Part shown: piece by piece, positions 7,990-18,430 of the stretch
Position numbering within the stretch: the stretch's first letter is position 1
Layout of the letters: every line of letters begins with the position of its first letter
NCBI GenBank assembly: GCA_049314335.1
Contig: JBMOFL010000001.1
Location: forward strand, 1-57,150
DNA length: 57,150 nucleotides
Origin: Rhodoluna sp.
Lineage (GTDB): Bacteria > Actinomycetota > Actinomycetes > Actinomycetales > Microbacteriaceae
Direction: 5' to 3'
Position numbers and translations under genes: made by a program
Notes under the pieces: model-generated
Told to the model about the DNA's origin: nothing
Database searches by the model: none
Seen by the model: the letters and a program-made list of their open reading frames with translations, nothing else

Positions 7990-8742
7990 TTAAGCCTTTA
8001 CGTATCTGTCGTAACCTTCAGCTTCAAGCTGATCTGCAAGTTCTGCTCCACCCTGCTGAGCTACTTTTCCGTCAACGAAAACGTGCACAAAATCAGGCTT
8101 GATGTACTTCAAGATTCTGGTGTAGTGAGTGATCATTAGCACACCTAGGTCATTGGCCTGGTGAGCTCTGTTGACACCTTCAGAGACGATCTTTAGAGCG
8201 TCAACGTCAAGTCCTGAGTCAGTCTCGTCAAGAATTGCAAAGCGAGGCTTTAGCAATTCAAGCTGCAGGATTTCGTGACGCTTCTTTTCTCCGCCAGAGA
8301 AACCTTCGTTAACGTTTCGCTCTGAGAAAGTGGAATCAATCTTTAGGCCGTCCATTGCTTCACGAACATCCTTAATCCAAGTTCTAAGAGCAGGAGCTTC
8401 ACCAGTAATGGCTGTCTTAGCAGTTCTTAGGAAGTTGGATACCGAAACTCCAGGAATCTCAACTGGATATTGCATTGCTAGGAAAAGTCCTGCACGAGCA
8501 CGCTCATCAACGCTCATCTCCAGAACGTCTTCGCCATCGAGAAGAATCTCTCCCTTGGTCACGGTGTATTTAGGGTGACCAGCAATTGAGTAAGCAAGAG
8601 TTGACTTACCTGAACCGTTAGGGCCCATTACAGCATGAATCTCACCGCTGTTGATGGTTAGATCGACACCCTTGAGGATTTCTTTCGTGCCCTGATCAGT
8701 TTCGACTGATACGTGGAGGTTCTTGATTTCTAGAGTTGCCAT
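7990..8742 (-). CDS. sufC: Fe-S assembly ATPase SufC
   Basis: GPNGSGKST, FLAMQYPVEIPGV, NEGFSGGEKKR, LDETDSGLD. Confidence 0.96.
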   Translation of the reverse strand: MATLEIKNLHVSVETDQGTKEILKGVDLTINSGEIHAVMGPNGSGKSTLAYSIAGHPKYTVTKGEILLDGEDVLEMSVDERARAGLFLAMQYPVEIPGVSVSNFLRTAKTAITGEAPALRTWIKDVREAMDGLKIDSTFSERNVNEGFSGGEKKRHEILQLELLKPRFAILDETDSGLDVDALKIVSEGVNRAHQANDLGVLMITHYTRILKYIKPDFVHVFVDGKVAQQGGAELADQLEAEGYDRYVKA

Positions 8743-8756
8743 GATTTCCTTTTGGC

Positions 8757-9071
8757 CTAAGCCTGTTCGTATTCGATAAAAACTTCGCCGTTTTCGACTA
8801 GTACTTCATAAACTGATACCGGCTCATAGGCAGGTAGGGATAGCGGTGAGCCAGTTTCAAGAGAGAACTTAGCTCCGTGAGCCCAGCACTCAATGGTTTC
8901 GTCATCAACGAAACCTTCGCTCAGAGAGATTTCTCCATGTGAGCACTTGTCATCTAGAGCATGGAATTCTCCGCTAGGGGTTTTGACGATAGCTATAGCG
9001 TGATCGCCAATCTTTACTCGCAAAGCTCTGCCAGGTTTGATGTCATCAACACCACAAATACGAATTGCCAT
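8757..9071 (-). CDS. Rieske-type [2Fe-2S] ferredoxin of the suf operon
   Basis: CSH...CWAH (CxH-CxxH) ligands. Confidence 0.92.
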   Translation of the reverse strand: MAIRICGVDDIKPGRALRVKIGDHAIAIVKTPSGEFHALDDKCSHGEISLSEGFVDDETIECWAHGAKFSLETGSPLSLPAYEPVSVYEVLVENGEVFIEYEQA

Positions 9072-10240
9072 TAGTTACTCCCTAGTTTCTCTTCAACTAC
9101 TTTGGTGAGGCGGTCAACAAGTTCTTCAACACCTGTTCTCTGCAAGATGTCCACCAAGAACCCTAGAACAACTAAACGTCTAGCGTCATCAACGCTTAGA
9201 CCGCGAGCCTGTAAGTAGAACAACTGTTCATCATCAAATCGTCCTGAAGCACTAGCGTGACCAGCACCTTCGATTTCACCAGTTTCGATCTCAAGGTTTG
9301 GAACTGAATCTGCTCTAGCTCCATCAGTTAGCAAAAGGTTTCTGTTGAGTTCGTAGGTGTCTGTGCCTTCAGCAACAACACGAATCAAAACATCGCCGAT
9401 CCAAACAGTGTGAGCTTTATTGCCCTGCAAAGCACCCTTGTAGGTGACTCGTGATTTACAGTTCGGAGCTGCATGGTCAACAAATGGTCTGTTCTCGAGG
9501 TGCTGTCCAGCGCTAGCGAAGTAAACACCGTTCATCTCAACTTCGGCACCAGGACCTGTGAATGTCGTTACTGGAGTTATGCGAACTAGGTCACCACCGA
9601 ACGATGCGATTGAGTGCTTGAGATAAGAGTTTCTTGCAAGTTTCGAGAAATGAGCTGAGACGTGAGCTGAGCCCTTATCCCAGTTCTGGACTGAAACAAT
9701 ATTCAGCTTTGCTTCATCCTGAACATCAATCTCGATAATCTCAGCAAGGTTTCCTAGCCCACTGTGGTCAACAATCAAAGTTGACTTACTGAACTTCTTT
9801 GCCACAACAAAAAGGTGAAGCGCAGAAGGAGACTTGTCTGTTCCTGAAATTGTTACAACTACTGGCTCCGTTACCTCTGCGTTTTCAGCCACTTCAATGA
9901 GAAGAGTTTTGCTGGCATTGGTATAAGCGGCAGCAGCAACGCGATCCTCTGGAACACCAATAGAGCCCACTCTTGAATCAGTACTGTCAATCCACGAGAT
10001 TTTTACGTCATCAGTTGAAGTGAACAAAACTTGAGATTCGTACTCCCCCAAAACATCAGAATCCAAACCATTCAGTTGCTCTGGCTGCAAGTACCGCCAA
10101 AGGTCCTGTAGTGCTGATACCGCTTCAAAATCAGAGACTGATTTTGATGAAGGGCGATCGCTTCTAATTTGCAATGGAACGAACGAGCCGTGCGTGTGCT
10201 CAGCAAGTCCGTGCTGAGCGGTGTTTTGTGAATCTGACAT
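9071..10240 (-). CDS. sufD: Fe-S assembly protein SufD
   Basis: ADSVPNLEI, GAGHASASG, QLFYLQARG. Located between sufB and sufC. Confidence 0.93.
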   Translation of the reverse strand: MSDSQNTAQHGLAEHTHGSFVPLQIRSDRPSSKSVSDFEAVSALQDLWRYLQPEQLNGLDSDVLGEYESQVLFTSTDDVKISWIDSTDSRVGSIGVPEDRVAAAAYTNASKTLLIEVAENAEVTEPVVVTISGTDKSPSALHLFVVAKKFSKSTLIVDHSGLGNLAEIIEIDVQDEAKLNIVSVQNWDKGSAHVSAHFSKLARNSYLKHSIASFGGDLVRITPVTTFTGPGAEVEMNGVYFASAGQHLENRPFVDHAAPNCKSRVTYKGALQGNKAHTVWIGDVLIRVVAEGTDTYELNRNLLLTDGARADSVPNLEIETGEIEGAGHASASGRFDDEQLFYLQARGLSVDDARRLVVLGFLVDILQRTGVEELVDRLTKVVEEKLGSN

Positions 10241-11658
10241 TAACCGACAGCGCCTTCCATTTGCATTTCAATAAGTTTGTTTAGTTCCAGCGCGTATTCC
10301 ATTGGTAGCTCTTTTGCAATTGGCTCGATGAAACCACGCACAATCATTGCCATGGCCTCGTCTTCAGCCATACCTCTGGATTGTAGGTAGAACAACTGCT
10401 CATCGCTCACTCGAGAAACGGTTGCTTCGTGACCCATTGACACATCATCTTCACGAACATCGACAGCCGGGTAGGTATCGCTTCGAGAGATTGTGTCAAT
10501 CAATAATGCGTCACAGCGAACTGTGTTTGCTGAATGGTGTGCTCCAGGGTTAACTCGGATCTCACCGCGGTATGAAGTTCTTCCACCAGCACGAGCAATC
10601 GACTTGGAAACAATAGATGATGAAGTGTATGGAGCAAGGTGAATCATCTTTGCTCCCGCATCTTGGTGCTGTCCTTCACCGGCGAATGCAACAGAAAGAG
10701 TTTCTCCTCTTGCGTGCTCGCCAGCAAGAATGACTGCTGGATACTTCATGGTCACCTTTGAACCGATGTTGCCATCAATCCATTCCATGGTTGCACCTTC
10801 ATGAGCAACAGCACGCTTGGTAACAAGGTTGTAAACGTTGTTTGACCAGTTTTGAATGGTTGTGTATCTAACGCGAGCGTTCTTCTTGACAATGATCTCA
10901 ACAACAGCTGAGTGCAGTGAGTCGCTCTTGTAGATAGGTGCTGTACATCCTTCGATGTAGTGCACATATGAGCCTTCATCAGCAATGATCAAGGTTCTTT
11001 CGAACTGACCCATGTTCTCGGTGTTGATTCTGAAGTAAGCCTGTAATGGAATCTCAACTCGCACACCCTTAGGTACATATACGAAAGATCCTCCGGACCA
11101 AACGGCAGTGTTGAGGGCTGCGAACTTGTTGTCCCCTGCTGGAATCACTGTGCCAAAGTACTCTTGGAAGATTTCTGGATGCTCTTTTAGTGCGGTATCG
11201 GTATCCATGAAGATAACGCCTTGACGCTCAAGCTCTTCATTGATTTGGTGGTAAACAACTTCGGATTCGTACTGAGCGGCAACGCCAGCAACAAGTCTTT
11301 GACGTTCGGCCTCAGGGATACCTAGCTTTTCGTAGGTGTTCTTAATTTCCTCAGGAAGCTCTTCCCACGTTCCAGCTTGCTTTTCGGTTGAACGCACAAA
11401 GTACTTGATGTTATCGAAATCGATGCCACTTAGATCTGCACCCCAGGTTGGCATTGGCTTCTTCTGGAAGTAAGAGAATCCTTTGAGTCTCAGATCTAGC
11501 ATCCACTGTGGCTCAGATTTTAGGTTAGAGATGTTGGTAACAACATCGGTGTTGATTCCTCGTTTAGCACTTGCTCCCGCAGCATCGGTATCAGACCAGC
11601 CGAACTCATAGATACCAAGGCTGTCTAGTTCTGGACGTTCGATGGCTGCATCTGGCAT
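10240..11658 (-). CDS. sufB: Fe-S assembly scaffold SufB (no intein)
   Basis: [42 protein letters not shown]. Confidence 0.97.
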   Translation of the reverse strand: MPDAAIERPELDSLGIYEFGWSDTDAAGASAKRGINTDVVTNISNLKSEPQWMLDLRLKGFSYFQKKPMPTWGADLSGIDFDNIKYFVRSTEKQAGTWEELPEEIKNTYEKLGIPEAERQRLVAGVAAQYESEVVYHQINEELERQGVIFMDTDTALKEHPEIFQEYFGTVIPAGDNKFAALNTAVWSGGSFVYVPKGVRVEIPLQAYFRINTENMGQFERTLIIADEGSYVHYIEGCTAPIYKSDSLHSAVVEIIVKKNARVRYTTIQNWSNNVYNLVTKRAVAHEGATMEWIDGNIGSKVTMKYPAVILAGEHARGETLSVAFAGEGQHQDAGAKMIHLAPYTSSSIVSKSIARAGGRTSYRGEIRVNPGAHHSANTVRCDALLIDTISRSDTYPAVDVREDDVSMGHEATVSRVSDEQLFYLQSRGMAEDEAMAMIVRGFIEPIAKELPMEYALELNKLIEMQMEGAVG

Positions 11659-11843
11659 GTTGTCTTCTTTCTGAAGGGTTGAAGCTAATGTGAGGAATCT
11701 GAATCTCTTTTTGTGGGCAAATTTCTTTGATGGTTCTAAACTTTTTCGCTCTTCTCAAGATGTTCTCAAGTTTGGCGGATAGTGTAAGTTTACCTAAACG
11801 TTACGAACTAAGTAACCCCAGAAACGAACAGAAAGAGCAAGTT

Positions 11844-12725
11844 TTGATCGACAAGTTGTTTGGCAGCCACAGAATACGACTTTATGCATGGTTGTCTCTA
11901 GGCAGTCAAATCCTTATTGTCGTAACCGGCGGAGCTGTTCGACTTACTGGCTCGGGACTTGGTTGCCCTACTTGGCCTGAATGCGAACCTGGCTCTCTTG
12001 TAAACGTGCCTGAGCAGGGTATCCACGGAGTTATTGAGTTTGGTAACCGACTACTGACTTTCCTTCTGCTATTCATTTCCCTCGGCACATTTATTACGGT
12101 CATGCGATTAAAGAAAGGCCATCGAAAAGGGCTGTTCTGGACCTCCCTTGCTCTTGGCCTTGGAATAGTTGCTCAAGCAATTCTTGGCGGAATCACTGTT
12201 CTTACTGGCTTGAACTCATGGATTGTAGGAGCACACTTCCTTGTATCAATGGGCTTGATTTCGATTGCAACATTCTTGGTTTGGTATTCGAGGGGACGCA
12301 GAAGGTTGGACCATGACAGGTCTCTTTCCAGACTCTCCCTGTTCATGGTTCCAGTTGCTTCCGCAGTAATTGTTATCGGAGTTATTCTGACGGGCTCAGG
12401 TCCGCACGCAGGCGATAGTGAAACACCGCGAAATGGATTAGATTCTGAGCTTTGGTCTCACTATCACGCCTATCCGGCATACCTTTTGGTTCTGCTAACC
12501 ATCGTTCAGGTGGCTTGGCGATGGTCCAAAACTGGACCGAAGAGTGCGAGATTCTCCCTAGCGCTATTGGCCGTTCTAGCGGCTCAAGCTATGCTCGGGC
12601 TGATTCAAACCTGGTTGGGACTTCCACTGATCTTGGTTGGTTTACACATGCTTGGAGCTTCTGTACTAGCAAGTCTCATCACGTATCAAGCGTTGCTAAA
12701 CAAAGCATGGTTTGGTAGCAAATGA
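11844..12725 (+). CDS. ctaA: Heme A synthase (COX15/CtaA)
   Basis: GGAVRLTGSGLGCPTWPEC, IEFGNR, AHF, GSGPHAGD, GLHMLG. Start moved to TTG 11844 after a purine-rich stretch; the ORF track start at 11727 looks too long. Confidence 0.9.
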   Translation: MIDKLFGSHRIRLYAWLSLGSQILIVVTGGAVRLTGSGLGCPTWPECEPGSLVNVPEQGIHGVIEFGNRLLTFLLLFISLGTFITVMRLKKGHRKGLFWTSLALGLGIVAQAILGGITVLTGLNSWIVGAHFLVSMGLISIATFLVWYSRGRRRLDHDRSLSRLSLFMVPVASAVIVIGVILTGSGPHAGDSETPRNGLDSELWSHYHAYPAYLLVLLTIVQVAWRWSKTGPKSARFSLALLAVLAAQAMLGLIQTWLGLPLILVGLHMLGASVLASLITYQALLNKAWFGSK

Positions 12726-14092
12726 GTGCTGTTTTCTGGTTCAGAAGAGATCTTCGTCTCCAAGACAATGAGGCCTTGACCAGAGCGTTTGAGTCCGCAC
12801 CGAATGGTGTTGCCGCAGTTTTCATGTTCAATGAATTGGAGTATCAGGCTCTAGAGGGCATTAGACAGCACAGCTTGACCGAGTCAATCCGATCTTTGAG
12901 CAATGACATCAAGGGACTGCTACACGTCCTAAGTGTTGAATCGGTCAAAGACTTTGGCGAAAGACTTGCCGAAGTTTGTTTACAAAACAACATTTCTCAA
13001 GTCTTTGCAATGCAGTCTTTCGACCCTAAAGGCACATCAGAACAGTCAATAGCTACTCAAGCTCTCAAAGCGAAGGGCATCGATTTACATCTAATTGGAT
13101 CAGCTTATGCAGTTCTGCCAGGCACAGTTCGTAAACCAGATGGAGGCAACTATCGCGTTTATACTCCTTTCTTCAAGGCCTGGTCTCACCTTGCAGATGT
13201 CTTACCTAAAGCCTTGCCTAGCAATGCAACTTGGCTGTCTATAGATGTGAGCAAAGATATACCTCAACCAACAAAGCCCTCACCTATCAAAGTTATTGCT
13301 GGCGAAGCTTTTGCACTCAGAACTTTTGAACGATTCACAAAACGAGCGTTGAATCAGTATGACGAGTTGCGCAACAGAGCAGATCTCAGTGGAACATCTC
13401 ATCTCTCCCACGCTTTAGCACATGGTGAAATTCACCCAAGAACACTGTTGGCAAAATTAGGAGATTCACAAGGGCACGAAGTGTTTCGCAAAGAGATTGC
13501 CTGGCGTGAGTTCTACGCTGATGTTCTTTTCCACTACCCTCACACACTTGATGACTATTACGAACCAAGATTCAGGAAACTACGCTACGACACCGGTGCA
13601 ATTGCCGAAAAACGTTTCCAAGCCTGGTGCAAAGGTGAGACAGGCTTCCCGATGGTCGATGCCGGTATGAGACAACTGCTGGCTGAAGGCTGGATGCATA
13701 ACCGAGTGCGCATGATCGTTGCATCATTCTTGATCAAAGATCTTCACATTGAATGGACGCGAGGTGCTGAACACTTCGAGGCTCATCTGAGCGATTTTGA
13801 CCCTGCTTCCAATTCGCACGGATGGCAGTGGACGGCTGGCTGTGGAACAGATGCATCGCCTTATTACCGAATCTTCAACCCAATCCTGCAGGGTCTCAAA
13901 TTTGACCCTCAAGGTGATTATGTCCGCAAATACGTTCCAGAGCTAAGACACCTAACTGGATCTGCTGCACATGAACCTTGGGAAATTTTTGACGGTTACG
14001 CCCAAGGGTATCCAGAGCAGATAGTTGATCATTCGCAGGAGCGAAATGAGTCGCTGGCAAGACTGGAAGAGCTAAAGAATCTAAACTCTTAG
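12722..14092 (+). CDS. phr: Deoxyribodipyrimidine (CPD) photolyase
   Basis: [64 protein letters not shown]. Confidence 0.92.
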   Translation: MSAVFWFRRDLRLQDNEALTRAFESAPNGVAAVFMFNELEYQALEGIRQHSLTESIRSLSNDIKGLLHVLSVESVKDFGERLAEVCLQNNISQVFAMQSFDPKGTSEQSIATQALKAKGIDLHLIGSAYAVLPGTVRKPDGGNYRVYTPFFKAWSHLADVLPKALPSNATWLSIDVSKDIPQPTKPSPIKVIAGEAFALRTFERFTKRALNQYDELRNRADLSGTSHLSHALAHGEIHPRTLLAKLGDSQGHEVFRKEIAWREFYADVLFHYPHTLDDYYEPRFRKLRYDTGAIAEKRFQAWCKGETGFPMVDAGMRQLLAEGWMHNRVRMIVASFLIKDLHIEWTRGAEHFEAHLSDFDPASNSHGWQWTAGCGTDASPYYRIFNPILQGLKFDPQGDYVRKYVPELRHLTGSAAHEPWEIFDGYAQGYPEQIVDHSQERNESLARLEELKNLNS

Positions 14093-15024
14093 AACAGTTT
14101 GATGAAAACCAGCGGATCTACACCAATGGCAATAAACAAAACAGTTAGATAGGTAATCGAGAAGTGGAAAAGCTTCATCGGGTTATCTACTGAACCAGCT
14201 TTAGTCTTCGTCTGAAGAAGATGTGCTTCGATGATGAACCAGATTCCCCCACCAATAGCTGTGACGCTGTAAATCAAACCCATCGGATGAACTGGGATCA
14301 AGAGCAAAGTCGAAGCCACCATCGCGTAGCTATAGATAACTATTTGTTTGGCAACATTCTTGCTGTCTGCCACAACCGGAAGCATAGGAACACCTGCCGC
14401 CTTGTAGTCAGCGAGGTATTTGATGGATAGCGGCCAGTAGTGCGGTGGAGTCCAAAGGAAAATCATAAGAAACAGCACAGCCGCTGACCAGCCAACAGTT
14501 CCAGTCACTGAACTGAAGCCAATTAGAACAGGCATTGCCCCAGCTGCCCCTCCCCAGACTATGTTTTGGGAAGTTCTGCGCTTCAGCAGCAAGGTGTAGA
14601 TAAAAATGTAGAACAACTGAGCTGATAGAGCCAAGATCGAACTCAGCCAATTGACCATAAAACCAAGCCAAAGCACGGAAATAACTCCAATTGCAACAGC
14701 AAAGACTTTGGCTTCAAATAGGCTCAAATGCCCCGTAACTAGCGGTCTTTTCTGGGTTCTGCCCATAATTTTGTCGATATCAGCATCAATAATGCAGTTA
14801 AAGGCATTTGCTGAGCCAGCACTGAGGGATCCGCCGATCAGGGTGGCCAAAACCAGCCAGAGGTCAGGAATCCCCTGTTCGGCAAGAATCATGACCGGGA
14901 CGAGTGTAATCAGCAGTAATTCAATGACTCTTGGCTTGGTCAGAGCAAAATACGCACCCAGCTTACGACCAACGGAAATGGCTGGTTTTGCGCTTGGAGG
15001 GCTGGTAGTTGTTGAGGAAGTCAT
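14089..15024 (-). CDS. ctaB: Protoheme IX farnesyltransferase (heme O synthase)
   Basis: LTKPRVI, N...[31 protein letters not shown]. Start reassigned to ATG 15024. Confidence 0.93.
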   Translation of the reverse strand: MTSSTTTSPPSAKPAISVGRKLGAYFALTKPRVIELLLITLVPVMILAEQGIPDLWLVLATLIGGSLSAGSANAFNCIIDADIDKIMGRTQKRPLVTGHLSLFEAKVFAVAIGVISVLWLGFMVNWLSSILALSAQLFYIFIYTLLLKRRTSQNIVWGGAAGAMPVLIGFSSVTGTVGWSAAVLFLMIFLWTPPHYWPLSIKYLADYKAAGVPMLPVVADSKNVAKQIVIYSYAMVASTLLLIPVHPMGLIYSVTAIGGGIWFIIEAHLLQTKTKAGSVDNPMKLFHFSITYLTVLFIAIGVDPLVFIKLF

Positions 15025-15212
15025 CTCTGCCAGTCTAAACGAAATACATTCTTCCGTTACAAATCCGTAATCAAATTGCCTGTCGGGTATAGAATTCAAA
15101 GGCGTTGAGAAGAGCCAAAAAGTATTGAAAATGGCTCATTTTGGGCCAAATGAGGGCATTGTCGCCCGCACCAAACGATTTTCAAGTCAAATACATACAA
15201 GGAGAAGGTTCC

Positions 15213-17303
15213 GTGTCATTAATCTGGGACAGCATCGATTCAAAATCTGTTGATACAGCTCGCGTTCTGGCTGCTGATGCAGTTGAGAAGGTTGGCAACG
15301 GCCATCCGGGAACTGCTATTTCGTTGGCACCTGTTGCCTATCTCCTGTTCCAGAAAGTAATGTGCCACGATCCAGCAGATGAAAGATGGACTGGTCGTGA
15401 CCGTTTCATTCTCAGCGTTGGCCACTCTTCTCTAACTATTTACAACCAGTTGTACTTGGCTGGCTACGGTCTTGAACTTGATGACATCAAGGCACTGAGA
15501 ACCTGGGGTTCAGCGACCCCTGGGCACCCAGAGTATGGACACACTAAAGGTGTTGAAATCACCACCGGTCCCTTAGGTCAAGGTTTGGCATCTGCCACTG
15601 GTTTTGCTTATGCAGCCAGATTTGAAAGAGGTCTATTTGACCCGGAGACACCTCAGGGTGAGAGTGCATTTGATCACTTCATTTATGTGATTGCCGGTGA
15701 CGGTGACATGCAAGAAGGTGTGACCAGCGAAGCAGCATCACTTGCCGGGCACCAACAACTTGGCAACCTAGTTGTTATATATGACAGCAACCAGATCTCA
15801 ATCGAAGATGACACGAACATTGCATTCACTGAAAATCTAACCGCACGATACAACGCTTACGGCTGGCACACTCAGACAGTTGACTGGAAAAAGACAGGTA
15901 ACTACGTCGAAGACATTGCCGAGCTTTATGCCGCAATTGAAAAAGCTAAAGCTGAAACAACCAAGCCTTCGCTAATCACTCTTAGAACAATCATCGGTTG
16001 GCCTTCACCTAAGAAGCAGAACACTGGAAAGATTCACGGTTCTGCTTTAGGTGCAGAAGAGCTTGCAGGATTGAAAACAGCTTTAGGTTTTGATCCAGAG
16101 AAAACATTCGACATTTCACCGGAAGTTATCGAACACACTCGCAGCAATGCTGCAGCTCGTGCAAAAGAAGCTAGAGCTTCATGGCAAGCGAAATTCGATG
16201 CTTGGGCTGCGGCTAATCCAGTACATAAGCAGCTTTACGACAGAGTTCAATCAGGTCAAACACCAGATGGCCTTGAATCTGCTCTCCCAGTATTCGAAGG
16301 TGGAACAGAGATCTCCACACGATCAGCCAGTGGAAAAGTAATCAATGCAATTGCAAAGGTTATGCCTGAGCTTTGGGGAGGATCTGCTGACCTTGCTGAA
16401 TCAAACAACACAACTATCGAAGGCGCAAAGTCATTCGTGCCTGCTGAATGGTCTACCCACGAATGGACTGGAACTCCTTATGGACGTGTTCTCCACTTCG
16501 GAATTCGTGAGCACGCGATGGGTGCAATTCTGAACGGAATTGTTTTGCACGGTAACACCAGGGTCTTCGGTGGAACTTTCCTTATCTTCAGCGACTACAT
16601 GAGACCAGCTGTTCGTTTAGCTGCACTTATGAAGGTTCCATCAATCTTTGTTTGGACTCACGACAGCGTGGCTCTAGGTGAAGATGGTCCGACCCATCAG
16701 CCAGTAGAACAGCTTGCTACTCTGCGTGCTATTCCAGGTCTAGACATGGTTCGTCCAGGAGATGCCAACGAAGTTGCCTACGCTTGGAAGACAATCTTGG
16801 AACGAAGACAGAACCCTGCTGGTATCGCGCTAACAAGACAGAACATTCCTGTCTTCAAGCGCGGAGAAGCTGACGAGACAGGCGCTGTATTCGCATCTGC
16901 AGAGTTAACTTCAAAAGGTGCCTACACATTAATTGATGCATCTAACTCAAAGCCAGAGCTGATTCTGATTGCAACCGGATCTGAAGTTCAACTTGCCGTT
17001 CAAGCTAGAACCGTACTAGAAGCAGAAGGAATAAAGACCCGCGTTGTCTCCGCACCTTGTGTCGAGTGGTTCGACGAGCAGTCAGATTCCTATAAAGAAT
17101 CTGTTCTTCCAGCCAGTGTTGAAGCTAGAGTTTCCGTCGAAGCAGGCCTTGCCCTTGGTTGGAGCAAGTATGTCGGTCGTTCAGGTGAGAGTGTCTCTAT
17201 CGAACACTTCGGAGCTTCAGCAGATTACAAAACACTTTTCAGAGAGTTTGGTATGACCGCAGAAGCTGTGGTTAAAGCCGCTCACAAATCACTGAGTAAC
17301 TAG
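15213..17303 (+). CDS. tkt: Transketolase
   Basis: [20 protein letters not shown] ThDP motif, [19 protein letters not shown] 15213 follows a GGAGAAGG SD. Confidence 0.97.
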   Translation: MSLIWDSIDSKSVDTARVLAADAVEKVGNGHPGTAISLAPVAYLLFQKVMCHDPADERWTGRDRFILSVGHSSLTIYNQLYLAGYGLELDDIKALRTWGSATPGHPEYGHTKGVEITTGPLGQGLASATGFAYAARFERGLFDPETPQGESAFDHFIYVIAGDGDMQEGVTSEAASLAGHQQLGNLVVIYDSNQISIEDDTNIAFTENLTARYNAYGWHTQTVDWKKTGNYVEDIAELYAAIEKAKAETTKPSLITLRTIIGWPSPKKQNTGKIHGSALGAEELAGLKTALGFDPEKTFDISPEVIEHTRSNAAARAKEARASWQAKFDAWAAANPVHKQLYDRVQSGQTPDGLESALPVFEGGTEISTRSASGKVINAIAKVMPELWGGSADLAESNNTTIEGAKSFVPAEWSTHEWTGTPYGRVLHFGIREHAMGAILNGIVLHGNTRVFGGTFLIFSDYMRPAVRLAALMKVPSIFVWTHDSVALGEDGPTHQPVEQLATLRAIPGLDMVRPGDANEVAYAWKTILERRQNPAGIALTRQNIPVFKRGEADETGAVFASAELTSKGAYTLIDASNSKPELILIATGSEVQLAVQARTVLEAEGIKTRVVSAPCVEWFDEQSDSYKESVLPASVEARVSVEAGLALGWSKYVGRSGESVSIEHFGASADYKTLFREFGMTAEAVVKAAHKSLSN

Positions 17304-17323
17304 AAAACAACAGGAGAAAAACA

Positions 17324-18430
17324 ATGACAAGTCCACTAGCTCAGGTAGCAGCAAACGGCGTCAGCATCTGGCTCGACGATCTTTCCAGAACAAGGATTTC
17401 TTCCGGTGCCCTAGCCGAACTTATTCACTCCAGAAATGTTGTCGGTGTTACCACCAACCCAACAATCTTCGCCCAGTCGGTTGGTAAGGGTGAAGGATAC
17501 GAAGATCAGGTTGCAGAACTAGCAGCAGCGGGAGCTAGCGCAACTGAAGCAATCTTTGAGATAACCACCAAGGATGTTGCTGACGCCTGTGATGTTTTCG
17601 CCGGTGTTTATAAATCTAGTAATGGTTTCGACGGACGTGTTTCGATTGAGGTTGAACCAGGTCTTGCTAATGACACCGCTGGAACTGTTGCGCAAGCCAA
17701 AGAACTATTTGCCAAAGTTGACCGTGAAAACGTCATGATCAAAATCCCTGCTACCAAAGCCGGCCTTGCTGCAATCACTGAGGTAATTTCAAATGGCATA
17801 AGTGTGAACGTGACATTGATTTTCTCTCTACAGAGATACCGCGAAGTTATCGACGCTTACAAAGCAGGTATTGCTCTGGCGCACGCTTCAGGCAAAGACC
17901 TAAGCAAGATTCACTCCGTAGCTTCCTTCTTTGTATCTCGTGTAGACACAGAAATCGATAAGCGTTTGGTCGCGGTCGGCACCGCCGACGCTCTACAAAT
18001 GAAGAGTAAAGCTGCTCTGGCTAACGCCAGACTCGCTTATGAAGTCTTTGAACAAGAATTTGCTAAAGATGACTGGGCCACACTTGCAGCCGCTGGAGCG
18101 AACAAGCAAAGACCCCTAATGGCGTCAACAGGCGTAAAGGACCCAGCACTGAGCGACACTCTTTACGTGACTGAACTAATTGCCCCTGAGTTAGTGAACA
18201 CCATGCCGGAAAAGACCATGGAGGCGGTATTTGACCATGGTGTTGTTCCTGCCAACAGCATCACCAACAAATACGAAGAAGCTAAGTTGGTACTTCACAC
18301 CATTGGTGCGATGGGTATTTCATACGACGATGTAACTGAACTTCTAGAAAAAGAAGGTGTTGACAAGTTCATCATTTCTTGGAACGAACTTGTTGAGTCA
18401 GTTGACGCAGCACTGAAGGCATCCAAGTAA
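17324..18430 (+). CDS. tal: Transaldolase
   Basis: [23 protein letters not shown] (Schiff-base Lys), [19 protein letters not shown]. Confidence 0.96.
   Translation: MTSPLAQVAANGVSIWLDDLSRTRISSGALAELIHSRNVVGVTTNPTIFAQSVGKGEGYEDQVAELAAAGASATEAIFEITTKDVADACDVFAGVYKSSNGFDGRVSIEVEPGLANDTAGTVAQAKELFAKVDRENVMIKIPATKAGLAAITEVISNGISVNVTLIFSLQRYREVIDAYKAGIALAHASGKDLSKIHSVASFFVSRVDTEIDKRLVAVGTADALQMKSKAALANARLAYEVFEQEFAKDDWATLAAAGANKQRPLMASTGVKDPALSDTLYVTELIAPELVNTMPEKTMEAVFDHGVVPANSITNKYEEAKLVLHTIGAMGISYDDVTELLEKEGVDKFIISWNELVESVDAALKASK

Noticed and set aside
10240-11658. Intein in SufB, as in M. tuberculosis
   Set aside because: The length is normal (472 aa) and YIEGCTAP is uninterrupted.
11727-11843. 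N-terminal extensions in the ORF track (ctaA; also ctaB 15099, tkt 15141, trpE 56063)
   Set aside because: Downstream starts match family N-termini and have SD or -10 support. The extensions run through promoter regions or neighbouring genes.
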